This document shows, piece after piece, positions 34,613-45,852 of a stretch of DNA of 64,000 bases; position 1 is the first letter of the stretch; the number at the start of each line of letters is the position of its first letter. The position numbers and the translations under genes are program-made. The notes under the pieces were generated by a model. The model saw only the letters and a list, made by a program, of their open reading frames with translations. It did not search any database and was not told where the DNA came from. Origin of the DNA: Amoebophrya sp. A120 (Eukaryota; Protista; Dinoflagellata); contig CAJINV010000002.1 in assembly GCA_905178155.1 (NCBI GenBank), forward strand, positions 8,141,224 through 8,205,223, in the 5' to 3' direction.

Positions 34613-34919
34613 ATGGCCAAGATGATGAAGATGATGAAGGCCGCCGAGCCGGCGCCGGCCATGAAGAAGATGATGAAGTATCCATTAAAAAAAAGCTAGC
34701 GTGCCAACCATGCGTATATGGGAAAAACAAAAATGTTTGGATGGGCCGGAAACAAAAAGTATGTCTTGCACAGCCTAAAGCCAAACAGCACGTTGACCAG
34801 CGATTTGCATGCGATTTGTTTTTGCCTCGAACACGACACATGACGGCACGTTAGCTTTTTTTCTTTGTGATAAGCAGATGAGCATGAAGATGAAGATGAT
34901 GTCCATGAAGAAGAAGTAA
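34613..34919 (+). CDS. 35-aa Met/Lys-rich basic peptide (two exons)
   Basis: 34613-34678 plus 34878-34919 give MAKMMKMMKAAEPAPAMKKMMKMSMKMKMMSMKKK*; resembles DVNP N-terminal tails. Confidence 0.65.
34679..34872. mobile_element. Introner (distinct TIR)
   Basis: TATCCATTAAAAAAAAGCTAGCGTGCC...GGCACGTTAGCTTTTTTTCTTTGTGATA; flanks TGAAG/AGCAG. Confidence 0.8.
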
Positions 34920-35930
34920 GCAGCTGCGGCGGCGCTTTTTCGGACAGCTACAGCTTCAGCATGACACTCATCTTCTAGGTCATCTGGAAAGATTTTTCTA
35001 GCGCTCCTGAACGTGGTGTAATCCTACGGCGGTCGAGCTGATGCTAGGGGTGAAACTTCTTAATGGACGGCATTCGATGACGAACCATTTTTGTAGGCAC
35101 GCTACAGAATGATTCTTTAAAGTTGCCCTCTACATGAAGGAAGAAAAACAATCGCGTTTCGACGCCCTGAAACAAAGGGTGTAATTTCTTCAGCCGCTGT
35201 GTTAGGCGTTGATTGTTCCAGAAGTACATAGCGATCCACGTTTTGCTTGGTATCTACGAAGCAAAAATCCCTGCGAACGGATGGAAATGATTGATCAAGC
35301 AAATAAAGAAAAATCGTGGTCGAAAGTCTGCTACTGACTATAACGTGTTAAAGCGCAAAAAAAGATGTAGACCGACACGAAAGCGCCCGGTAAATAATAA
35401 TAAAGTAAATTTCAAAATGATAAATGAATCCAATCGACTATCCCCGAAAAGAAGAAGGTTAATCCAAGGATCTTTTTCAATTTGAGTGAGATCGAAATTT
35501 TGACGAAATTGGAATTAGTTTGATCGTGGCTGGAGGAAGAGAACACAAATGAGGAGCTAGAGGTGGATGCGCAGTGAACTTCCCTTGGACAGTGAATGAG
35601 AATTTCAATTTGCGACAACTTGAATAAATTGAACATGGATAAAAATTCGAGTCGCAGCGACAAATTGAATACATAGTCGCTTACGAAAACGAATCTAGTT
35701 TCATGATTGTGTCTGCGTAATAGATACACATCTTATTTTCATATGGCGATTTCTTGAGATTGTATTTGTAATGCGACATTCTTTTACTTTCACACCACAG
35801 AACCAGAAGACAATTTGATATAGGGAGTTCTCGCTGCGACCTTGATCATGTGTTAGTAGCATACTGACGATCTTTTTAACAGCCTATAATACGTAATCTG
35901 TCATTACAGGAAGAAAATTGGAAAAGAAAT

Positions 35931-38047
35931 ATGCCCGTGCCCATGGATTCGGCCACTTCCTCTCGCAGTTCGGGCAAGGCCGGGCTGGTCGACGCGAAAG
36001 ACGACTTATTCAATCATGTGACCAACTTTCTCGCTCACCCAAAGCAGCAAGCGCCAGGTAAAAAAATGTCTAAGGACTTTTGAATCTCTTTTTGAATAAT
36101 GATGATGATTGAACAATTATGGCTACCTGTGTAGTCATGTCGAATCAGTCGTGAAATGTACATAAACCTCTCACAAACAGCCTTCATGCCGCGTTCCCTT
36201 TTGCCGGAGGGCGACGCCAGCCCCAGTTCTTCGAGCGACTCCATGTCGGATCTAGGTACATAGCTAATACGTGGTTGAGTTGGTGGAAAGAAACAGAAGT
36301 TAGTACACCTTTTTATCCATGTAGCTAGCTGCCTAGCGATTATTTTCATGAATTTTTCTACTTTAACTTTGTGAAGAATGATAAGATAGATCATTCGGAA
36401 AGAAGACCAAGATCAAGAAGCAAGAGGACTTTCTGCATATTGATATTGATTTTTTATTTGAACATCACACAACAGACGCCGACATGCAAGGTTCGGAAGA
36501 CAGCGACTCGGGTTCCAGCGTGGACACGTCCGATAGTGAGTACAACAGCAAGAACCTTTCCCCCGTGACGCGGATGCGCAAAGTTCTGCAGAAGTGCAGC
36601 AGCCATGATGTCACAAATACGACCTCCAACAGCCGGAAAAAGTCGGCGGCGAAAAACAAGGCGCTCGCCCTCTCGGTGATCTCCAAGCTGCTAGCGAAGT
36701 ACGCGGGTACGGCCGCGACGGAGGCACGCAGTAGTAGTGCGGAAATCGGCGCACAAGAAGATACGAACATGGTCGTGGACAACGAGAAGACCGCAACATC
36801 TTCAAGTTTCAATAACAGCAGTGGTGCGTCGAAGCAGGAGGAAAAGAGCATTGGCAAAGCGACTTCCTCGTCCTCCTCCGCGGCGACCACACCGTCGACG
36901 ACAACAAGCCTGTCAGCGCAGCAGAGTACAACTCCGAGCATGCAAAACGGCAAGAACGCAGCGACGTTGAAAACCACTTCTAACAGCACTTCCGCAGGAG
37001 TACAACCGCAAAATAGCAGCAAAAACACAACTACAACCATGACCACTAGTATCGCCAGCTCGCTCGGAAAGGTGTGCGCAAAGTATCCTGACGCAGTGGG
37101 GCTGTTCTTGGAGCATCTGCTCGTCAAAAACTGCGAGGCAGTTGTTCCGGGTGCCGGCGGCTGCACTGGAACTGGTACGACGGCGTCGACGTTCTTGCAC
37201 GGCACAAGGACTACGGGCACTAGTAGCGCAACAAATACCAGCGCAGCCGCGAGCCCGCTGTCGACGGGCAGCACGTCGGGCGGGACGAGCAGCAGCAAAA
37301 TCGTGGATGCAGCTTCCATATCAAACGCAAAAATGTCTGGGTCTGGGAGATTGCAAGACTTGTCATGCTTGTCTGGCATGACTCTGAACTCTGTGTTGCA
37401 TGGCCGCGAAGAGCTCCTCCTCCCTGTCATGCAAAAACGCAGTTTCTCATGTGGAGTACGCAACTCAGAGCCATGGAAAAAACTTGTCATGCTTGGCAGC
37501 GCGTTATAGTGAGTTCACTATTCCCTTTCTTGCATCACAAGTTTCCAGACCCAGACATTTTTACATTTGATATTCCATCAACGCTTTTTTTTGTGTGGAC
37601 GAACTGGAGGAACGAGCGCAGCAACTCTCCTCTTCTACTAGTACTACGGGCGGGGGAATTAGTACTATTACGTCGGTAAGGGGTGCTGGCGGTAGTAGTT
37701 TTGCTGGTCCGTCAAGCAGTACTACCGCTGCGAGAATCGCAAGCAGTACAACTTCTACGCATCAGAATTATAATTTTGGTACAGCAACAGCATCGACAAC
37801 CGTGTCTGTATCCACGAATAAGCGACAATTTGTTCCCGATGAAACGGGAGAGGAGGACGCTTTGATGAGCGGCTCGACGCCTACCGGAGCGGCGGGCAGG
37901 ACGACAGGAGCAGAGCAAAACACCCAGTTCCACCAATACGCCACGAAAAAGGCGGCAGCGGGACAAAATCAAAGTAGTCCGAGCAGGCCCACCAACGGGA
38001 ATGCTGTCGTGTCCAATTTTCTACCCTCGTCGAGGAACAAGACTTGA
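35931..38047 (+). CDS. Ser/Thr-rich low-complexity hypothetical protein
   Basis: GT-AG introns 36058-36180 and 36256-36475 plus element 37319 join ORFs 36484 and 37595 in frame. Confidence 0.7.
37319..37572. mobile_element. Introner family A
   Basis: Family A TIRs; TSD TTCCA. Confidence 0.92.
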
Positions 38048-39727
38048 ATTTGTTTTTTTTTCACGCATGATTTCCTTGTACGTGGTTTTTCGGAGACTTT
38101 AAGCAGCAATTTATACTCTGCGACGTCCTGCTCTAACAACTTGTTTTACTAGGAGTTTTTAAAAAAGCCTCGGGGTGGAAAAACACGTAAAAAAGAATCA
38201 ACCTCTACCTCCGTCGAGAGTTTCATACTACCTATTGTATTTCCCCATCGCTTGCCATAGCCTCGGTTCTCCTCTTTGAGTCTCTCTCTTCCACAGGTGC
38301 ACCTCTTTACCTCCACCTTCCCCGACGTGTAGAAAGTTTGTTTCCAGGAGGAGACACGCATTATTTATTACCTACTGAATTTTCCGTACACTATCATTTC
38401 ATTTTCACCCCACCAGCTGACAAACCGAAACACCAAGTCGCTTTGATTGACCGCTGTGCCACTACTGGCTGATTATTCTGCATTCTCTTTCGAGATGGGG
38501 TTGTGACGCCATTTATTCTTGCCGCCTACACTAGAAGACCCTTCATGGATGAGTAAATTGATTCCGTTCATCGCATTTCCTTCACGAGCACAAGAAGAAG
38601 AAAACCCGACTCAGCGTACGCATATTTTCGAGCTACAAGCGTTCGTTCCAGCTTTTTGTTAGCTGCAAGCGTGTTGAGGCTGATGTTCTTCTCTGAAGGG
38701 TCTGATCCTAGGGAGGATGAAGTTTCGAGTTCTGATGTTAAAGAGATCGCGGGAAAAGTGGCGTCGAGAAGTGATGTCAGACGATCATGATCTCGCACTA
38801 TTGCACCGAAAAATTGGTAGCTGCCCGTTTCAGTCATCAGAACATCCACGCGGCAAAGCTGCAAGATGCCAAGAAAGGAAGACGGCAGGTTAGAAAGATC
38901 AACAGTTGTTTCCTCCAGGAAAAAAATTCATCGATTTTTTTCAGCGTGGATTTTTGCCAGGATGAACGAGGGTCAGAAGTAGTGGCGTTTGTAGCAAGCA
39001 ATGCGCCGAAAAAGTTCTTTTTACAATTTATATGTTGCGAAGGGTCCTCGTGCGTGTTGGTTCAAACCGCATGGCTGTATCTATGATGATGGTCTTCTAG
39101 ATGACGTATGTGAATTTGCGAAAAAGATCTTCATCGGATCTGGCGTGCGAAATTTGCTATGAAAAGTTTGTTCTCTTGTGCTCGGACGTTCACCGTTCCG
39201 CTTTTGCAGCCTTCATGCAAAGGAGCACACTTTTTCCTGATAGATGAAGATTTAGTTCCGGGTATATGTAAGTTTTCTGCAACTTTTGCTCCTCCTGTAC
39301 TGTTTTCCATTTTATCCGTAGACGGAGAATTGTTCCGTGGCCTGCAGCGTCAAGATGCCCTTGGTGTCATGTGTGCATCAAATGGCCGACCATGTTTTGT
39401 TACAGCGAGCTTGTTTTGGATGTTTTGATGCATCGTTCTCGTTGCATGCCGGAGCTAAAAGTAGTGGCTCCGATGCTGTCCTGCTTCTAGATTTCCGACT
39501 TTAGTGTTAGCGCTATCCATTTATTCAATTCTCTTCATGGCGATTATTTGCGGTACAAACTCTACGCAAAACTTTTGATTTACGTTGAGGTCGACGAAAC
39601 GGCTGCGCTGGTCCTGGTCCGTCCCTTTCGTCGCTTTGAAGATTCATAATTTTTGGAAGACCGATAATACATTAATACAACATCACTGCAAAAAATAAAG
39701 TAGTGACTCGCCCCCTGTCATAAAAAG

Positions 39728-42700
39728 ATGGGTCAAGGCCACAGTAGCCACGACTCTGCTGGAGTCTTTATTGAGCTGGACGAGTACTCTGTGTATCCAG
39801 GGTCGGTTTTGCGCGGCCGCATCCACGTGAATGTGACCAACCAGGTTACCCAGCTGAAGTCTCTCAGCCTGAAACTCACCGGGTATGAGGAAACCAGCTG
39901 GCGCACGGTCCACGTCCGGCGGCAGCGGAAGGACAGAAACAACAACGATAACTTTGGGACCAATCGCGAACACGGTCTTTATCAGGATAATTTCAATCAG
40001 GACCACCCGCAAGGAAGAGACAGAGACTTTGGTGGTGATGAAGCCAGCAAGTTTAAAAACATTTCCGACGAATACGAGGAGATCGAAGAGATCAAACACC
40101 ACGACGGGCGCCACGACTTTTTCAAATTGACTCGTCCCGTTTCCAACGGCGGGGCGTTTTTGTCCTGCGGCCAGTACTCCTTCCCGTTCGAAGTTTACCT
40201 CCCCGACGACCTGCCGGGGTCCTGCACCGTGGGGCGACACCCGAAATTCGATCCGCACCTGCGCCACAACGAGAAGTATTTCCACGCGATGTGTAAGTAC
40301 AAGATCAAGGCGTTTCTCGAGATAGTGAAAAACCCGGAGGACCGGTCCTGGTTCAGTTCCAGGGAGAAGACCGTGAAGTGCTCGCAGGAGTTATTACCGT
40401 GAAAAATGCCCCCACCCCTGAAATTGCAAAAATTTGTGATGCGAAGTTTCCGAATGAAAACTTTTTGTCATGCATGAAAGGAGTATGAATCTTTCTGATG
40501 CAGAGTTTAGGCGTATGTAGCATTGCTTGGATGACAAGCGCCGCTTTTGCTGGGATCTGATGCAATACAAATCTTCACTATTCACGATTGGAAATAATCT
40601 GTGATGCTGCTAGATGCAAGAGGGCGAGTGTTTCTGTTGGAAAAGTTTGCAATGCAAATGCTCCCAAGTTCGGGGGTGGGGGCGTTTTTCATGGTGATAG
40701 GAGTTCCAGATCATTAACCGCTGTCCGCCCGCGCGGGCGTGCTTGAAGCAGATGTCCACGGAAATCAAGATTTGCGGCTGCTGCTGCAGTATGAAATGCA
40801 AAAGCATCGTCATTAGTATAAATCGCATGACAAATCTCCTCAGCGTGAGAAATAGAATTTGTAGTGCGGATTCAACTTGAGAAAGAAATTTGTAATGCAT
40901 GAATGCGATTAGTACGACTACGATACTTTTGCACAGGATATGCGGCAAGGGAACCTGCGACGTGTGCGTGCAGATGGGCCAGGATGCGTTCCGGATCGGG
41001 GACCAAATTCAGGTCCTTGCGTATCCAATGTTGCTGAAAAGTGCGATGTCCAGGCGAAAAAGCGCCATGCGTATCCGATGTTGTTGTTGAAAACGAAAAG
41101 TGAATATCTCATCTGAGGCAAATAATAAGTTTCCAAAAGGTCGTCGCGGTCGGGACGAATTCGTGTTACTAGCATATGCAAGGAGAGGAGTGCGTCCATT
41201 TGGAGCCTTCGCATTGCAAATACTTTCGAAATAGTTTTGGGCAGCAGGAGATCGCGCTTTTCAACATGATATGGCGAAATTCGACAACTCCAACACCACT
41301 GCGGAGTTGAACGAGCTGCGGCTCACCCTGCATATGCTGGGCAAAGCTTTCTCGGTCTGGGAGTGCAAGACTTGAGCTGCTTGTTTGCCATGACGGTAGA
41401 GCTTTGCTCGTCGTCCAGGACGAGGGCCTCTTGATTGTCATGCGAGCGCGCTGTTCCTCACGCGGAATGCCGCGCAACACGTACTTTTTTGCCGCTCATA
41501 TATCGATTTCTCATGCTTGGCCGTGCACGACATACTGTAAAAAGAAAAAAAGAAAATGAAAAACTGTCCATCTTCATTCACAGCGGAGCATATAGTACAA
41601 CTCTCGTCCACACCCAGACAAACATATTTGCATTTGATACTGCACCGCGTTATCCAATTGCGTTCGACCAACACGAATGAGCAGTACAACGAAAGGAAAA
41701 TGATTTGCCAGGACGTGAAGCCCGGCTGCCCGGCCGGCATCACCAAGGAGGAGATGTTTTACATGACCCTCCCCGGACAGACGACGGAGCGGGGAAATTA
41801 CAACTACGATAATGGTGCGGACTCCAACGTCGTGCCAACCTGCCAGGGTGGCTTAGTGCAGGTGTACTACGAGCTGGAGGTTCGGGGCTCCGTGACGTGT
41901 GCCAACGATCCGGTGGTGTCTTTACCCGTGTTTATTTACAGCACGCCCCCGGTGTACATGCGGCCGCAGATCGCCGATTGGAAGCCCCAGGTTAGTTCTT
42001 CTTTTTTTTCTGTTTCTAATGCGCGCGAACCTAAATAATGCGAGCAGGACATTTTCATTGAATGAAAAAATATGTTGTATGCATGGATTCGTCAATGGGC
42101 GTCGACTTCGTGCAGCAGGTCTGTGTGAAATGTGCCATAGTCCACTGTGTCCGCATGTAGATACTCTTCATGAGAAAGGGTCGGCATCGAGACAGATGAA
42201 GGAAGGGCAGTTGGTGAAAAAAGTTTTGATATCATCTTTCAACGCACGGCAGGTTTTCCAAGTGACTGTGGTGTCCGACATTCCTTGCCAGATGGGGTTT
42301 ATGGGCCGCAAATATTTCCGGGTCTGGAAAGTTGTGATGCTCACTCTTGAGATACATCTGCAGATGCACAGCATCTAAGCATAACAAATTCATTGCCAAA
42401 CCAGCAGTTGTGTGCATTGCGCATCGTGCATGACAAGAAGTTCCCCACCCCCCTCCTCACGGCTGGTAGGCCGATCGGCTGACGAGGTGGGTCGGAGGAT
42501 GTCGCTACATCATTCGTTTATTTTCGCATGGCAGGCGAGTGGGCCCCCTTGAAACCCAAGCAAACAAGCAAAGTTTTCAATTGTGCCAGTTGTAGCCAAG
42601 CATCGCACGTCTTGGAATCGTCCAGACCCAGACATGTTTGCAATGCACAGGGTTCGTCAACGTGGTACCAAAATCTGAAACCTGTCCCCTTCGCCTCAAA

Positions 42701-43246
42701 CGCATATGGTTTTGTTTGGCGATTTTTTTTTGTTTACCGCATGTTTGTTAGTTTTACAAAGGAGTGTGATGCAGCATTTGGTTTTGTGTATCGCCATGCA
42801 AATGTTTGAAAGCCAAGTCAATACTACAACGCGCGTGCCGGGGACAGTTTTCGCTTTGATAGGCGCCCACGCAGCAGACCATGCAGCCAGTGGGGGGAAT
42901 CGGTTATGGCACGATGAATCAGCCCGCAATGGTGCCCCAGCAGACCACGGGGATGGTCCCCCAACAATCTCCGGGAATGGTGCCGCAGCAACCGGGAATG
43001 ATGCCGCAGCAACCGGGAATGATGCCGCAGCAACCGGGAATGATGCCGCAGCAACCGGGAATGATGCCGCAGCAACCGGGAATGATGCCGCAGCAACCGG
43101 GAATGATGCCGCAGCAACCGGGGGTGGTGCCGCAGCAACCGGGGATGGTGCCGCAGCAACCGGGAATGATGCCGCAGCAATACAACTACCCGAACCTGTA
43201 CCATCAGCAGGCGTCGTGTATCAACTTGAATCGTTGTACTAACTAA
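39728..43246 (+). CDS. Arrestin-fold (arrestin N and C domain) protein with PQQPGMM tail
   Basis: YPGSVLRGRIHV, LKLTGYEETSW, GQYSFPFEVYLPDDLPGS, PTCQGGLVQVYYELEV, DPVVSLPVFI; five elements and GT-AG introns 41991-42252 and 42665-42862; 3' end may extend further. Confidence 0.82.
40392..40699. mobile_element. Introner
   Basis: TATTACCGTGAAAAATGCCCCCACCCC...GGGGTGGGGCGTTTTTCATGGTGATA; TSD GGAGT. Confidence 0.9.
40790..40940. mobile_element. Short introner (151 bp)
   Basis: TATGAAATGCAAAAGCATCG...CGATACTTTTGCACAGGATA; flanks TGCAG/TGCGG. Confidence 0.87.
41022..41271. mobile_element. Introner with duplicated left end
   Basis: TATCCAATGTTGCTGAAAAGTGCGAT...ATCGCGCTTTTCAACATGATA; flanks TTGCG/TGGCG. 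Confidence 0.8.
41333..41639. mobile_element. Degenerate introner family A
   Basis: TSD CTGCA; restores LTLHRVIQL. Confidence 0.85.
42300..42649. mobile_element. Degenerate introner family A
   Basis: GGGTCTGG/CCAGACCC cores; TSD GGGTT; right end reads CACA. Confidence 0.8.
42971..43180 (+). repeat. 21-bp coding tandem repeat (PGMMPQQ), about 10 copies
   Basis: CCGGGAATGATGCCGCAGCAA units. Confidence 0.95.
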
Positions 43247-45505
43247 CGTTCTTCTCGCGACCCCTGAAAAATTAGAATAGAAATACACACCGCAACCAAG
43301 AAGAGTTTTGTCATCTTTGATTTGCCGCGATGAAGCAATTGGACATGCTGACTTTTGCCATATCATCATCGCTGGCAAAAATGTAGCAGTGTTGCTTGAT
43401 CGCGAGCTTCATTTTCATTAAAGGTTCTACTTGGAGCCAGTAGAAAGCTATTGCCTCTGCTTTTCCTGCTCGCCTTTTCGCAGTAAATGTAAAATTGGTT
43501 TGAAATACTCTTCCTCGGCGATCGACCTTTGCATTGATGATTCCAAAACTTCGGACGATGACTTGTTTCATGGACAAGCTCGCACTTGCATCGACGCCAG
43601 ATAAAGAACCGCTGCAGATACTAAAAAAATGTTTTATTTCGTCGGGGCGGGAGGTCTCAGCGACTGGTTTCAAGTTGATACCCGTGGGCAACAACAATCC
43701 GGCTATCAAATTGAAGAAAAAATCGCCACCGCACTACCGTAAATTTATGTGATGATGTGGGATGTTAATGTTTCCAGGCCGACCAGAATAAATTTGTATG
43801 AAATCTTATTGCGTCTGCGTCGGTCTTCACGGGAAATTCAAATTCGATACGCCAGAAAGCGAGAGGAGTCCGTTCTTGAGGCGGATTCCAGCGGTACGTT
43901 CCGAGGGTGTCCTCTGGGCTTCCAGAGCAAAAGGATCTGGGTCGACTGGTACCTTGCTTCGTCAGATGCACCAACTAGCCTCTCCTCCAATTATGCCATG
44001 CGATAAAAAAGTGTTCATTCGCGAGCAGGGAAGATTATGCAGGATCTGAAAGTATGATCGCAGACACTCACGTTTTCGCGTGGAATTGTGCGGGAAATGG
44101 TGGCGCTTTTTTCCCTTTGATATTGAAATTGCAGCCGCTAATACCCTCGAATTCGGCCGACTTTGCTGGGCGGTGAAAAGATGTGCCTTCAAAGCAGCTC
44201 ATTTTCAATCCGGGAGAGGCCAGAGGAATCTGTTTTGTTTCACGCAGACTACAAGAATACTACGCAAGAAGTATTTTCACTTTGCTTATACTACGATTTT
44301 ATCGAAATGGGAAAGCAAGAGGAACCAACTCGCAATTCAGTGCGCACTGCAACTCTCCGAGACGGAGATTTAATGTGGAATGCGGTTACAGTTATACTTG
44401 GATATTAATTTGGCTTTGGCAACAGTTTTGTTTATACTATTTTTGTTTATTTTTTGCATGGTGGAATGATGAGCAGAGGGCACACTACTGCAAATTGTTG
44501 GGTTAGTAGAGCAGATGATAAAGCTGAGTGGCGACTGTGTATCACGACGAAGCGAGGTGCTGAAAAAATTTTGGGTTCGCCTGCGCAGTCTGGTGTCTCG
44601 CAGAGATGTCAGCGTAGATTTCTTCAATCATTATGGCTAAGTACGAAAGACAAATCCTAAAATCAGTGATCGGAAAGACATCCTGCAAACTGGCGGGCAA
44701 AAGCTTCAATTTATGAATTGGGCTGTCTTGATTGTCGTATTGCATATTAAAAGCAGCTGCAGCAATCGGTTATTTTGCAAATATCTATCATTCCATCGGT
44801 CTGCAACTTTGGTACTTATTTTGCATCGGTTTTTGGCGATTAGATAGTCAAATTTCGGTTTGCTCTCTGCTTTTTTCTCTTCAGTGTATCTGTAATGGTT
44901 AGTGCAAGAAGTGGTCAACAAGTTGCACTTAGATCTTGAGACGCTCGACTGTGACAGTGTCTGTCGGTTGTCTGCCATCTGCATTCGGTTATGCTGAAAG
45001 AGGAATATTACAATTCGTAGTGCTGGGCGAATGTAAAAATGCTAAAATTCATTGTCTCTGTGTTAGTTTGTCTCGCCTGCATATCGGTTCCTGTTCTAGC
45101 GGCCGTGTGGAATCATTTTCATTCCTCTTTCATTTTGTTTCACTGGTTTTCATTTATTGCGCTTTTTATCGAACGTGGCAGTTCAAAAACTAGAACTTCT
45201 CAGTTGTTTACTTTAGCACGCGTGGCCCCTCTAAACTTTGTACTCCCTCCCTTATTATTGTTAACTTTGTACTTCGTGTTCGTCCTTGTCTTTGTCACAG
45301 ATAGAATTTCAGAGATTACAAGTCAGTGGTTGAAGGAACGCCCCATCCGGGGCCTCCGGGGGGTTCGTCTGCAGATCGATGGATAGAATGTCCTGGAATT
45401 AGAAACACTTTATCGACGGAAGGAAGATGAAGATATCGGGAAGGAGCTCACCGGTGATGATGATGATGAGGATGTTGATTTTTATGATGAAGATCTAGTA
45501 TTTCG

Positions 45506-45816
45506 TATCCGGATGTTGAAAACAAGATGTCCCCACCCCAATGTCAAGATGGTTTGAACTATGCAGTACAAGTCCAGAACTTTTGGGACTTATCACGCAT
45601 GACAAGTTTAGCTTTATTGCAGCGCAGTTGTGGGTGCGTGAGTAACTGGTCAAGATGTATCGGAAACGGAAACCCACTCATTCTATTACCCGGAATGTCA
45701 CTAGAAAAACAAAACGCCTCCTATGGTGGAGAAGAGCCGCGTGAGAAACAACATCCTGAGCATTCAAATGTGCATGACCAGGTGGGGACGTACTTAATTT
45801 TCACTGGATTTACATA
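45506..45816. mobile_element. Degenerate introner family B
   Basis: TCCCCACCCC/GGTGGGGACG cores; flanks TTTCG/ATTCT; frame restored. Confidence 0.65.
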
Positions 45817-45852
45817 ATTCTCAATCTCACTCAGGAGCTTGTTAGAATCACG

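Noticed and set aside
42706-43378. ORFs with ATGNDAA, LLRHHSR or GCCGIIP repeats
   Set aside because: Alternative frames of the 21-bp repeat; the PQQPGMM frame is the one joined to the arrestin exons.
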